From Heptranchias perlo (taxonomy: Eukaryota), in assembly GCF_035084215.1 (NCBI RefSeq), contig NW_027139607.1, positions 1 through 64,000 of the forward strand: a stretch of DNA of 64,000 nucleotides, given 5' to 3'. The notes beneath the pieces were generated by a model. The model was not told where the DNA came from. It saw nothing but the letters and a program-made list of their open reading frames with translations, and did not search any database. The stretch's first letter is position 1, and every line of letters starts with the position of its first letter. Positions 25,062 through 37,800 of the stretch are shown piece after piece. A program made the translations under genes and the position numbers.

Positions 25062-26121
25062 GTAAGGAGAATGGGCCGGGCCGGGCCGGGCGGTCGTGGT
25101 GCATCCGGAGCAAGGGCGGGCGGATCGGGCCTTCCTCCTTCCCCCCACCCCGCCCATCCCTCAGGCCGGCCGGCCAGCACGGGTCGGTGCCCCCTCAGGC
25201 CGGGAAGGGTCAGTTCTTCCTGTCCACTGGCCGTGTTGGGGTCACTCCAGAGGAATGACCGCTCGAGTGGTCAGCGAAGGGGAACAAACTGCAAAATAAA
25301 AACCACACATTGTGCGCAGTGTGTCCAGCCTCTGTCCAGCCTCTGTCAAATGTTCGGTGGGGCAGTTTGCCGGGAGTGTGAGCACGGTTCTGGCGAGAGA
25401 CATTTGCAGAGTCTAATCGGGAGCTCCCATTTCAGGTGTGATCCACCGAGATACAGAATTCAAGCAAATTTACAAATTAAGACACAAAATAGGAAATGCA
25501 GGAGGATTTGTTTTTAAACTAAAAGGATAGTAACTACGGGAACAGGGGGGGGGGGGGGGGCGTGGAACAAGAAACGATGCGATTCAAGAAAGAACCAGCC
25601 AGGTTCTTGTGAACAAATGGGATTCAGGATTATTAGAAATGCATCGAGAGAATACTGTGGATAGAATCCAAGGTTTCCTGCCTGAAACTGTTACTATGTA
25701 AGCTGTTCATTTAAAGAGAATGAGGGAGAGATGGTTCCTTCTGTTACTGCATCAAGAAAGATGCTAGAGTGCAGGGGAAGGTATAATGGGGTACAGTGCA
25801 GAATGTGGGCAGACTTCAAAGTGGCACCCCTCAAAATTTGTGTCTTTCAGCTAAACTCGTTAAGATAGTTTTCTTGCAGCTATATTTGTTTAAAGTAAAA
25901 CTATTGTGAAATATTTTTACTGTTTGCCCAATATTGAGTCTAATGATGTTAGGCTGCTGAGATCATAACTGGAGGAGGCAGGAAAGGGGGGCAGTTTGAT
26001 TAGAACAAGAGGCAGACTAAAGAGTTGAGCTCCTTGGCTAGAGAGGGCAACTTTGGCTTGGTGTGGAGAAAGGATTGCTCCTTAAGGTGGGAGGGATAAC
26101 ATTGCTGCTTACATTTTCTCT

Positions 26122-26261
26122 TGTAAACAATTTTACAACACCAAGTTATAGTCCAACAAATAACTTGGTGTTGTAAAATTGTCCAATAACTATAACTTGG
26201 TGTTGTAAAATTGTTTACAATTGTCAACCCCAGTCCATCACCGGCATCTCCACATCATGGC
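26122..26261. mobile_element. Penelope-like terminal-repeat fragment (inverted + tandem pieces) with 12-bp target-site duplication
   Basis: Same sequence as 60098-60345; tacattttctct at 26110-26121 and 26262-26273. Confidence 0.7.
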
Positions 26262-26326
26262 TACATTTTCTCTGTAGGCGATTTTGGGTGCTTTTCATAA
26301 TTGTTCCTTTTCCCCATCCACTCAAG

Positions 26327-26457
26327 GCTCCGCACCACGTTCTCTGGGGATTGCTGGATTTCACACGTCTTCTAATTTAGCCAAGTCTGATTATTACGAG
26401 CTGTTGGGGATCCCACGCAGTGCTACGCAGAGGGAGATAAAGAAGGCCTATTACCAG
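26327..26457 (+). CDS. DNAJA3: DNAJA3 exon 2 (..[33 protein letters not shown]), J-domain start
   Basis: ctcaag acceptor, CAG|gtatga donor, 131 nt. Confidence 0.95.
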
Positions 26458-27168
26458 GTATGAGAAGAGCGGTTATTTTAACCAGACTTGAGGTTAACAT
26501 TTCAACTTATCGTCCTGTACTTGATCAGGTAGCTGGTGTGAATACCAAATGTAAGACTTTTCTACCTGTGCCAAACCAGCAATCAGAATAATCCTTTAAA
26601 CCTCCACATTTTGGCCATCAAATGGTGGCAAATCGAGCTGTGTGATGGGAATCTATTAGTTTAATTTAATTTATTTTGATCCTTTTTCCTCCCTCCTATT
26701 GTGGCGGAGCTGATCTGATTTTTTTCCCCCTTCCTAAGCTCAGATGGGGTGGGGAGAGGGGCTGAATCCATTTGTAGAACCCCAGCCACTGCCTCAGCTT
26801 GATGATCGAACCCAGGTCCCTAGGATTCACTGCCTGCCTTCCTTTTTATGATGGCGGTACAGCTCGTGTCCATAGTGGATTGAAAACTGTCCTGGAACCG
26901 TGTATGTCAAAATAGCAAGATAAAAGGCTCAGGAACTTGGTGCCACTGTGTCGGGTTTGAATCCATTTTCAGAAGCAAACCTGCTTTTAAAAACAGTCTG
27001 CAGTAATCACTGTCTTGTGTATCCTGGAGAACTGGGGGAAAAAAATCACACAGATTTGAATCACTGGATGACTTGACCCAGTGACGGCCGCGGGGGATGG
27101 GCTGTGGCCGATGTAATTGCTTGTAACTTTTAATCGCTGTTCGACCCTTTCTGTTCTTGCCTGCACAG

Positions 27169-27249
27169 CTTGCGAAGAAATACCACCCAGACACGAACAA
27201 AGACCCAAAGGCAAAGGAGAAATTTTCCCAGGTGGCAGAAGCTTATGAG
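27169..27249 (+). CDS. DNAJA3: DNAJA3 exon 3 ([27 protein letters not shown]), HPD motif
   Basis: gcacag acceptor, GAG|gtaatg donor, 81 nt. Confidence 0.97.
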
Positions 27250-27576
27250 GTAATGGATGTGGTCTGATAATGGCCTCAGACAGTAAAACATCGTGCTCCC
27301 GATCTCATGGGGCAGTGGGGAGGGGTTCCTAGGCGTGCTGAGCCCCTGGGTGGCTGTGATGATGTTAGGGGTGAAGAGCAGAGGTCAGCGGTCACAGCAT
27401 CTCTGATCTGTTTTTGGGGGGGGGTTGGGGGTTAAGGGAGGGGAAACAGTTTGGGGGGGGCTGTGAGTGCTGTCGGGGGCGAGAGAGGGGCCAGTCTTCT
27501 GTTCTTGTGCCAGCAGAGACACGAGGGGCTGAATGGCTGTAAGCTGCAATGGCTCTGTGTTTCCACCCTCCCGCCT

Positions 27577-29604
27577 GAAAGGATTGATTAAGAAAGGGAA
27601 GTTAGATTATGAAAAGAAATTAGCAAAAAATATAAAAACAGATAGCAAGAGTTTCTATAGTTATATAAAAAGAAAAAGGGTGGCTAAGGCAAACATAGGT
27701 CCCTTAGAGGATGAGACCGGGAAATTAATGGTGGGAAACATGGAGATGGCAAAAATGCTGAACAAATATTTTGTTTCAGTCTTTACAGTAGAGGACACTA
27801 AGAATATCCCAACACTGGACAAACAGGGAACTCTCGGGGGGGAGGAGCTAAATACGATTAAAATCACTCAGGAGATGGTACTCAGTAAAATAATGGGACT
27901 CAAGGCGGATAAATCCCCTGGACCTGATGGCTTCCATCCTAGGGTCTTGAGGGAAGTGGCAGTAGGGATTGTGGATGCTTTGGTGATAGTTTTCCAAAAT
28001 TCCCTGGACTCAGGAGAGGTCCCGGCAGATTGGAAAACTGCTAATGTAACACCGTTATTTAAAAAGGGTAGTAGGCAGAAGGCTGGAAATTATAGGCCAG
28101 TTAGCTTAACATCTGTGGTGGGTAAAATTTTGGAGTCTATTATTAAGGAGACAGTAACGGAACATTTAGATAAGCATAATTTAATAGGACAAAGTCAGCA
28201 TGGCTTTATGAAGGGGAAGTCATGTCTGACAAATTTGCTTGAGTTCTTCGAGGATATAACGTATAGGGTGGATAAAGGGGAACCAGTGGACATAGTGTAT
28301 TTAGACTTCCAGAAGGCATTCGACAAGGTGCCACATAAAAGATTATTACTTAAGATAAAAAATCACGGGATTGGGGGTAATATTCTGGCATGGGTGGAGG
28401 ATTGGTTATCGAACAGGAAGCAGAGAGTTGGGATAAATGGTTCATTTTCGGACTGGCAACCAGTAACCAGTGGTGTTCCACAGGGGTCGGTGCTGGGTCC
28501 CCAACTCTTTACAATCTATATTAACGATTTGGAGGAGGGGACCGAGTGCAACATATCAAAATTTGCAGATGATACAAAGATGGGAGGGAAAGTAGGGAGT
28601 GAGGAGGACATAAAAAACCTGCAAGGGGATATAGACAGGCTGGGTGAGTGGGCGGAGATTTGGCAGATGCAATATAATATTGGAAAATGTGAGGTTATGC
28701 ACTTTGGCAGGAAAAATCAGAGAGCAAGTTATTTTCTTAATGGCGAGAGACTGGAAAGTACTGCAGTACAAAGGGATCTGGGGGTCCTAGTGCAAGAAAA
28801 TCAAAAAGTTGGTATGCAGGTGCAGCAGGTGATCAAGAAAGCCAACGGAATGTTGGCTTTTATTGCTAGGGGGATAGAATATAAAAACAAGGAGGTATTG
28901 CTGCAGTTATATAAGGTATTGGTGAGACCGCACCTGGAATACTGCATACAGTTTTGGTCTCCATACTTAAGAAAAGACATACTTGCTCTCGAGGCAGTAC
29001 AAAGAAGGTTCACTCGGTTAATCCCGGGGATGAGGGGGCGGACATATGAGGAGAGGTTGAGTAGATTGGGACTCTACTCATTGGAGTTCAGAAGAATGAG
29101 AGGCGATCTTATTGAAACATATAAGATTGTGAAGGGTCTTGATCGGGTGGATGCAGTAAGGATGTTCCCAAAGATGGGTGAAACTAGAACTAGGGGGCAT
29201 AATCTTAGAATAAGGGGCTGCTCTTTCAAAACTGAGATGAGGAGAAGCTTCTTCACTCAGAGGGTGGTAGGTCTGTGGAATTTGCTGCCCCAGGAAGCTG
29301 TGGAAGCTACATCATTAGATAAATTTAAAACAGAAATAGACAGTTTCCTAGAAGTAAAGGGAATTAGGGGTTATGGGGAGCGGGCAGGAAATTGGACATG
29401 AAGCTGAGTTCGGATCGGTCAATGCCCTGTGGGTGGCGGAGAGGGCCCAGGGGCTATGTGGCCGGGTCCTGCTCCGACTTCTTGTGTTCTTTAGATTTGT
29501 GGTTGGGATCAGATCAGCCATGATCTTATTGAATGGCGGAGCAGGCTCGAGGGGCCGATTGGCCTACTCCTGCTCCAATTTCTTATGTTCTTATGTTCTT
29601 ATGT
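27577..29604 (+). mobile_element. Young 5'-truncated CR1 LINE with uninterrupted RT ORF and (TTCTTATG)n tail
   Basis: ORF 27533-29401 open to its stop; octamer tail at 29580-29604. Confidence 0.95.
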
Positions 29605-29799
29605 AGGACGGCACAGTGGCAATATTGAAGCTGAGGTAGGGAGAGTGAAAATTATTTGCACACGTTAACAGGCGCGCACTAAGTCTGGTCTAAAACTTCA
29701 ATGGCAGTACAGGGTTCAAGAGGGTTTCTGTCCCTCTGACCTGTCCCAAAGTTTACTTGTTCACTGGCAGCCCTGGTTAATGGTTGTTGTCGGTTGCAG

Positions 29800-29997
29800 G
29801 TGTTGAGCGATGAAGTAAAGCGGAAACAGTATGACACGTATGGGACGGCAGGGTTTGATGCAGGAGCGGCCAGGAGCCAGCAGTACTGGCAGTCGGGCCC
29901 TTCAGTGGATCCAGAGGAGCTCTTCAGACGCATCTTTGGGGAGTTTTCTGGATCTAGATTCAGAGATTTTAACACCATCTTTGACCAACCACAGGAG
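29800..29997 (+). CDS. DNAJA3: DNAJA3 exon 4 (VLSDEVKRKQYD...DPEELFRRIFGEF...FDQPQE)
   Basis: ttgcag acceptor, GAG|gtgagt donor, 198 nt. Confidence 0.97.
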
Positions 29998-31015
29998 GTG
30001 AGTGAGCTGGCCATTCGGTTATCCAGAGAACTGCGATGCTGTTACTTTCAGATGGAAGAGGACAATTCCTCACTCGCTTTCTCTCCCTCCCCCACACCCC
30101 CCCCCAATCCTTCCCAAGAGACTGGTTTCGCTGAGACTTTTTCCCCATAGGGAATGTTTTGTGGTTACATGAGTGTGTAGAACCGCCCAGATTAAATCCA
30201 GAGTCGGGAGCTGACCTGACACAGAAAGGAGGAGGGAATCTCGCTCCTCTGCCCTTCAGAGCTGGTTTGGGTCTTGATTCTCGATTTTCACTCCACACCA
30301 TGTGCTTAAAGTCGCTGAGCAAAGTCATCTGGTTTTATTTAATCCACCAGCAACTGCTGATAGGCCGAATGCTCTGGTCTTCTGGTTACTTTTTGGGAAC
30401 TGGCACAACAGCAGCCAGGAGATAACCACAAACAACCAGAAATCCTGGGGCAATTCGAGATACTTTGAAAAACTATCGATCACTACCAAGCATAGACTGT
30501 CACACCTGCGGGATCTGATACCAGCTTAGAATATTAAACTGACTCCAAGATCTGGACAACTCCTGTTCCTTAAATACCCCTGAAAACAGCAACTTCCCAG
30601 CAACACTCAACCACATTCGAAAATAACTATCCGTCGTACATGTAACGGAACAAATCACACAGGCTGTGTTTGTAGCTTGGCTCCTCCCTCGGATAATCTT
30701 GTGAAACTTACAGTAATAGTATCGAGTTAAACTTGGCTGCAACTAGCTCTTAAACCTCTCGGTTATTATGACTGGATTTAAAGGGACAGGTACCAAACCA
30801 ATACTAAACAAAACAAAAAACACTTCACTTTTGTCACAGCTGTGAAGGAGAAAAGTTGGCTTCAAACGGGAGCCTCATGATCAGAAGAGATTTAGATGCT
30901 TTAAAGAGTCGAGCTCATGAACCGTGTCTTTGTGTGTTGGCTCTACAAGGTAGTGTTGCTTTGTATCACTCAGTACACAATGCTGTGGTGTTTAATATCT
31001 GCTGCTCCCCCGCAG

Positions 31016-31168
31016 TACATCATGGAACTGACATTCACACAGGCTGCAAAGGGTGTGAACAAGGAAATTACCGTGAATCTGGAGGACACGTGCCAGCGGT
31101 GCGATGGCAAAGGAAACGAGCCAGGAACTAAAGTTCAGCACTGCCATTACTGCAACGGAACTGGCATG
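31016..31168 (+). CDS. DNAJA3: DNAJA3 exon 5 (YIMELTFTQAAKG...CQRCDGKG...CHYCNGTGM), CxxCxGxG zinc finger
   Basis: ccgcag acceptor, ATG|gtaagc donor, 153 nt. Confidence 0.97.
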
Positions 31169-31692
31169 GTAAGCACAGACTCCTGGTCACTGAGATCTGA
31201 CACCTGGGACTGTTAAATCATCCTTCACACAGGGTAGTGGGTTTCTGGAACTCTCTTCCCCCAAAAGGCTGTGGAGGCTGGGGGTCAATTGGAACTTTCA
31301 AGACTGAGATTGATAGATTTTTGTTGGGTGAGGGTATCGAGGGATGTGGAGCAAAGGCAGGTAAATGTTGTTGAGATACAGATCAGCCCATGATCTGATT
31401 GAATGGCGGAGCAGGCTCGAGGGGCTGAATGGCCTCCTCCTGTTCCCGTGTTCCATCTGTCCGTCCCTGGTGCTATTGGCCCTTGATACTAAAGAGACTG
31501 GCAGGCAATGCTGTCAAAGTTAATCTAATCTCACTGAACCCCAGCCCCCTCCCAGTTATCCTGTTAGTTTCTAGGTTTGCCAGTCGGAGGAGCAGCTTCT
31601 GCTCGTGGACCAGTTACTGGGATGCTTTTGCTTTTGTTCTACAAGCGCTGTTGTGGTCTCCAGCACATTGCCCTGCACTTCTCCTCTTGCAG

Positions 31693-31840
31693 GAAACCCT
31701 GAACACGGGTCCGTTTGTGATGCGCTCCACATGCCGACGATGTAGCGGGCGGGGATCTGTGATGACGACGCCCTGTGTCGTGTGCCGAGGGACCGGGCAG
31801 AGCAAACAGAAGAGGACGGTGATGGTGCCGGTTCCGGCTG
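31693..31840 (+). CDS. DNAJA3: DNAJA3 exon 6 (ETLNTGPFVMRSTCRRCSGRG...VPVPA)
   Basis: ttgcag acceptor, CTG|gtaaga donor, 148 nt. Confidence 0.97.
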
Positions 31841-32486
31841 GTAAGAACTGGTCACCAATCAGGTTACTGCTGCAAGGGAGACAAGTCTGGGTGGGGGTGA
31901 CGTGCAAGTGGATCTCTTATATTCGGGGAACAGGAGTTGCTGCACATCCGAGCAAGTTCCGCTCTGGCAACAATAAATGCCAGTGCATCTGTGCTGCAGT
32001 GAACGTGCAGAACCAATGGAACAGAGTCTGTCGGTTATTAAATTGGTCTTGGTCCTTTTCCACCATTCAATTGTCTCCGCTCATCTGAAGGCACTGACGT
32101 ACTTGGATGAGGTTGGTTGGTTTCCAGCAACCTTCTTGGCATCCAAGGAACTGAGATGGAGAGATTTTTTTTGGGTATCAAGGAACGTGGAACAAAGGCA
32201 GGTAAATGGAGCTGAGGTGTAGATCAGCTGTGATCTAATTGAATGGCGGAACAGGCCTGATTGGCTGAATGCCCTCCTCCTGTTCCTAGTGTTCCTGTGT
32301 TCCAATGCCTCACCCAGGCTGTTTGACTGTGAAGGCGTCACAGCTGAGCCAGATTCTTCCCTCAATGGATGTCAGCGGGCAGGCACCGTCCAGCAGGAGC
32401 TGCCGGATAATCAGCTGATTCTGGGGACCACTAAAGCCGTGCATGCCCACTGCCTCGTCACAGGCCAGGGGTTGAACCTGGGGAGT

Positions 32487-33459
32487 TTTTTTTTATTCGT
32501 TCATGGGATGTGGGTGTTGCTGGCGAGGCCGGCATTTATTGCCCATCCCTAATTGCCCTTGAGAAGGTGGTGGTGAGCCGCCACCTTGAACCACTGGTGA
32601 AGGTTCTCCCACAGTGCTGTTAGGAAGGAAGTTCCAGGATTTTGACCCAGCGATGATGAAGGAACGGCGATATATTTCCAAGTTGGGATGGTGTGTGACC
32701 CGGAGGGGAACGTGCAGGTGGTTTTGTTCCCATGTGCCTGCTGCTCTTGTCCTTCTAGGTGGTAGAGGTCGCGGGTTTGGGAGGTGCTGTCGAAGAAGCC
32801 TTGGCGAGTTGCTGCAGTGCATCCTGTGGATGGTACACATTGTAGCCACAGTGCACCGGTGGTGAAGGGAGTGAATTTTTAGGGTGGTGGATGGGGTGCC
32901 AATCAAGCGGGCTGCTTTGTCCTGGATGGTGTCGAGCTTCTTGAGTGTTGTTGGAGCTGCACTCATCCAGGCAAGTGGAGAGTATTCCATCACACTCCTG
33001 ACTTGTGCCTTGTAGATGGTGGAAAGGCTTTGGGGAGTCAGGAGGTGAGTCACTCGCCGCAGAATACCCAGCTTCTGACCTCTTGTAGCCACAGTATTTA
33101 TATGGCTGGTCCAGTTAAGTTTCTGGTCAATGGTGACCCCCAGGATGTTGATGGTGGGGGATTCGGCAATGGTAATTCCATTGAATGTCAAGGGGAGGTG
33201 GTTAGACTCTCTCTTGTTGGAAATGGTCATTGCCTGGCACTTGTCTGGCGTGAATGTTACTTGCCACTTATGAGCCCAAGACCGGATGTTGTCCAGGTCT
33301 TGCTGCATGCGGGCACGGACTGCTTCATTATCTGAAGGGTTGCGAATGGAACTGAACACTGTGCAATCATCAGCAAATATCCCCATTTCTGACCTTATGA
33401 TGGAGGGAAGGTCATTGATGAAGCAGCTGAAGATGGTTGGGCCTAGGACACTGCCCTGA
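32487..33459 (-). mobile_element. 3' fragment of the 13576-16176 LINE family
   Basis: QGSVLGP..FADD..; poly-T at the left end. Confidence 0.9.
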
Positions 33460-33588
33460 GTCCTCAGTCCTTGGGCTGTATCACACCGAGTGATGCATTC
33501 GCCCTCGGTTTTATCTTTGGGAGAATTAGGCTGCTGGTTTTGATAGCTGTGCCTGTCCTGTACCTGATGCAGTGTATGTGCGTTATAG

Positions 33589-33653
33589 GTGTGGAGGATG
33601 GACAGACTGTACGGATGCCAGTGGGACGCAAGGAGATCTTCATCACCTTCAGG
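33589..33653 (+). CDS. DNAJA3: DNAJA3 exon 7 (GVEDGQTVRMPVGRKEIFITFR)
   Basis: ttatag acceptor, AGG|gtgagt donor, 65 nt. Confidence 0.97.
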
Positions 33654-33729
33654 GTGAGTAAGAATGAACCAGGCTGAGGAGGAATGCAGCCCCCATTTGT
33701 CTGGGCTGATCTGACTACAACAGCGAGCC

Positions 33730-34220
33730 TTTAACATAGTGAAACGTCCCATGGTGCTTCACAGAAGCGTTATCACTGAGCCACGTAAGGAGATATTAGG
33801 ACAGGTGACCGAAAGCTTGGACAAAGAGGTAGGTTTTAAAAACCATCTTAAAAACCTCCCTATCAACAACTTGCATTTATTCAGCGCCTTTAACGTAGTA
33901 AAACGTCCCAAAGCACTTCACAGGAGCGATTATCAAACAAAATCTGACACCACGACACATAAGGAGATGTTAGAACAGGGGACCAAAAGCTTGGTCAAAG
34001 AGGTAGGTTTTAAGGAGCATCTTAAAGGATGAGATGGAGGTAGAGAGGCGGAGAGGTTTAGGAAGGGAATTCCAGAGCTTAGGGCCCAGGCAGCTGAAGG
34101 CACGGCCGCCAATGACGGGGTGGTGAAAATCGGGGATGTGCAAGAGGCAAGAATTGGAGGAGTGCAGAGACCTCGGAGGGTTGTAGGGCTGAAGGAGGTT
34201 ACAGAGACAGGGAGGGGCTA
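33730..34220 (-). mobile_element. L2-type LINE 3' fragments (partly duplicated)
   Basis: Similar to 23871-24287 and 46418-46860. Confidence 0.75.
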
Positions 34221-34722
34221 CTCCGCCGTGTAACTATAAAACTGATTTAATTTTTAATAGCTTTGATTAAAGTTGAGTTTAAAAGAAATAAAAGATTCCC
34301 TTGATAATAGGAGATTTGATCTTTGTTTCAGGCCCAGTGTTCTGGGGGTGGAGACGAGTTACATCATTTCTGGTTCCAGCCGTCCTTCCAGATTGATTGG
34401 GCCTGAACTGGAGAGAGTGACTACATGTAAATTTCTCCCATTGGAGATATGTATCTAGAAGTCTGAGATCTAAAATGGGGTATAAACCCACCTGATATCT
34501 TTGGGCGGGAGCTCAAAATATCGCTACCAGTCCCATTAAACCCATTGGGCCTGAAAGGTAATCTCCAGTGCTGCACAGGGTCTGGTACAGGATCATTGCG
34601 CTGATGGGCGGGGGGGGATAGGTCGTTGCAGGTTTGGTGGAAGGGGGAGGTTTTGGGGCGGGAGGCTTGGATTCTGCTGCTTCAGTTTTGCTTGAAAACA
34701 TTTCTTTAAATGAATTGTTTAG

Positions 34723-34851
34723 GTTCAAAGGAGCTCGACCTTCCGACGAGATGGACCCGACATTCACTCTGACCTGTACATATCCATAGCCCAGGCTGTT
34801 CTGGGAGGCACAGCACGTGCTCAGGGACTACACGAAACCATCAATATCACG
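34723..34851 (+). CDS. DNAJA3: DNAJA3 exon 8 (VQRSSTFRRDGPDIHSDLYISIAQAVLGGTARAQGLHETINIT)
   Basis: gtttag acceptor, ACG|gtgagt donor, 129 nt. Confidence 0.97.
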
Positions 34852-35126
34852 GTGAGTGTCACTGGGCTGCAAGCGGCAGTGTAACGGGAGCAATTGCCAA
34901 CTCTGGACGTATTCCTGAAAGTTTCATCTCACCATCTCCCACCTCCAACTGCCTCGCTGTCAAACAGCCTTTCTTTCCACCATCTCCAATATTTGTATAA
35001 CTAAGAAACAAAAATGTTCAAAGAAAATGAAGAATACACACTTTTTAATGCCCCTATGATTTTTCTCGCAGCAGTGGCCTGGAGATTAATCTTTAATTCC
35101 CGGTGACTCCAGGGCAATCCTGGGGG

Positions 35127-35457
35127 GTCGGTGCGCCCCGCGGCCGTCCGGTCGGTTCGGTGCGCCCCGCGGCCGTCCGGTCGGTTCGGTGCGCCCCGCG
35201 GCCGTCCGGTCGGTTCGGTGCGCCCCGCGGCCGTCCGGTCGGTTCGGTGCGCCCCGCGGCCGTCCGGTCGGTTCGGTGCGCCCCGCGGCCGTCCGGTCGG
35301 TTCGGTGCGCCCCGCGGCCGTCCGGTCGGTTCGGTGCGCCCCGCGGCCGTCCGGTCGGTTCGGTGCGCCCCGCGGCCGTCCGGTCGGTTCGGTGCGCCCC
35401 GCGGCCGTCCGGTCGGTTCGGTGCGCCCCGCGGCCGTCCGGTCGGTTCGGTGCGCCC
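35127..35457. repeat. 29-bp CpG-dense minisatellite cggtgcgccccgcggccgtccggtcggtt, ~11 identical copies
   Basis: Direct tandem repeat. Confidence 0.97.
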
Positions 35458-35767
35458 ATCGGTGCTATGGCGGGGACTGTCCTGCTGAGGGCAGCACCTG
35501 TGCACCTTTCACTGGGCCGGGCCTTTAATTTTTAATCCTCTGATTCGTATTTTCTTCTGGCGATCGATGAATCTTCTCACCGTTCCCCTCTTCTCTTCCC
35601 CCGGCCCCTCCCCCCCCCTCCCCCCGGCAGTTGGATTGAGACTGTTTGGGCTCACGTGACATTCGCAGTGGGACAGTTTCTGATTTCCTTCACTGCATGG
35701 CAGCAGTAGACTGTGAACGGACACCCTCTGCTTCCTTGAGCCATTTATACTCCCTGTCTGTTCGCAG

Positions 35768-35883
35768 ATCCCAGCTGGGATTCAAGTTGATCAGAGGATT
35801 CGACTAGCCGGTAAAGGTATCCCAAAAGTCAACAGTTACGGATACGGAGATCACTACATCCAGATCAAGGTGAAAATCCCAAA
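35768..35883 (+). CDS. DNAJA3: DNAJA3 exon 9 (IPAGIQVDQRIRLAGKGIPKVNSYGYGDHYIQIKVKIPK)
   Basis: tcgcag acceptor, AAA|gtgagt donor, 116 nt. Confidence 0.97.
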
Positions 35884-36179
35884 GTGAGTATCCCCTGCTG
35901 CTTCATGCCGAGGCTGTAACCATAGCCCGACGGGATTCTAATGCCGTTGACCTTTCACCTTGCAGTTAGAATGTTGCCCGCAAGCATTGAGTCAGTGGGA
36001 GGCCGGATAAAGGAGGAAAAAACTTTCTTCATACTATTGCAGTAAATGAATATTTAATCTGTAGTTTCAAGGGGTTTTTATAAGAATTTTTTTATTTAAA
36101 CTTTTGTGAAAGATTAGCCAACTGAGTGCAGTCTTCAGTTGGGACGGGGGTTAGTTAGATCAGGACGCTAAGTAGTAAT

Positions 36180-36477
36180 TCAGCCAAGGCTTCTTCGACA
36201 GCACCTCCCAAACCCGTGACCTCTACCACCGAGAAGGACAAGAGCAGCAGGCGCATGGGAACACCACCACCTGCACATTCCCCTCCAAGTCACACACCAT
36301 CCCGACTTGGAAATATATCGCCGTTCCTTCATCGTTGCTGGGTCAAAATCCTGGAACTCCCTCCCTAACAGCACTGTGGGAGAACCTTCACCACATGGAC
36401 TGCAGCGGTTCAAGAAGGCGGCTCACCACCACCTTCTCAAGTAATTAGGGATGCCCACATCCCATGAATGAATAAAA
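36180..36477 (+). mobile_element. Short 3' fragment of the 13576-16176 LINE family
   Basis: Reverse complement of the ~13590-13905 region. Confidence 0.85.
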
Positions 36478-36840
36478 GAGTCCCCATTTTAAAGTCATAC
36501 ATTCTGCTGTGGCAGTGTGTTAAGTGGGCATTGGATGCGTGAAGTGTTACTCTCTGCACCACATTACGTGGTGTACGTAACACCCCAGCACCCCTTCCCA
36601 GCTGTTTCATGGTCCTTTCTCGTAAAGGAAGATTCTGCTCACAGTTCAAAATCCTTCCAGATGTGGTGTATCTTTGCCTGTGGAGAATCATCAGTAACCG
36701 CTCTGATACTCCGAAAGCAAAGGCAAATCAGCAGCCTATCCTCCTCCTGGGGTAGATAATTCTTTATACCTTTCCTCTCTCCGCAAATACCCCAGGGGGG
36801 GCCAGAAGGTTTAAGCTGAAGCGGAAGAAATGAGGCTGAG

Positions 36841-37018
36841 CAGGGGGTAACTTTAATCATCGTCCCCGTACAGGGGGGTAACTTTAATCATCGTCCCCGT
36901 ACAGGGGGGTGACTTTAATCATCATCCCCGTACAGGGGGGTAACTTTAATCATCGTCCCCGTACAGGGGGGTGACTTTAATCATCATCCCCGTACAGGGG
37001 GGTAACTTTAATCATCGT
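36841..37018. repeat. 31-bp minisatellite caggggggtaactttaatcatcgtccccgta, ~6 copies
   Basis: Direct tandem repeat. Confidence 0.92.
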
Positions 37019-37800
37019 TGTCTGGGGGATAATCTGGCAGAGGGGAGCAGAACTCCTGCTGTTATAGAATCCCCCCAGTTATCACCCCATTGTAATCAGG
37101 TGGGTGATCTGCTCTCCTCCATCAGATTACCCTCCAGATTAACCCCCAGGTCATGGTGAAAGTTGCTCCCATCGTGTCTTAATTCAAAATCTGACCATTT
37201 GAATTTTTTAAGCACTCAATCCCCACTTTTTGTTTTTTACATTGCTTAAGTCAAATTATTCAATTTTTCTTTGGCGCAAAAAAGTGACTGAATTATTGGG
37301 AGTAGGCTGTACTAAGAATTCCTTCTACCATCCCCTTTTCATATTGGTAGTTGCGGTGGCTCCCGTTTTGTTCCCCTTGTTGTTTAATTCTCTTTATATA
37401 CAGCGTGGAAGGGAAATGGTCACGGGGTGATGTCCAGGGCCTGTTGGGATCAGACCTTGCCCCTCTGATACTTTTTTGCCCCTTGCATGCAATCCAGCCG
37501 CTTGGCTCACTCGAGTGAAGACGACCACTGTGCCTGTAAACGCTGACACGGACTGGTTGGGCCGAATGGCCTGTTTCTGTGTTATGTATACCAGGGAGGT
37601 GATTTGTCTCTTTCTGCCATGGTACAGATCATATTTCTGGGCTGAATCATTTCTCTAAGTGATTCCATTTGCTTCATAGTTGCTCGAGCAGGTTCTTTGT
37701 GATTTACAGCGGTTGTAAAGCAAAGGTCCCTATTCGACTCGTTTGCTCCTGTCCAGCAGTTTATGCTAATCGTTCTTCCTTCTGATTCTCTGCCTGGCAG

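Noticed and set aside
27533-29401. 622-aa ORF as a host gene
   Set aside because: It is CR1 reverse transcriptase, 5'-truncated, and the apparent start codon comes from flanking DNA.
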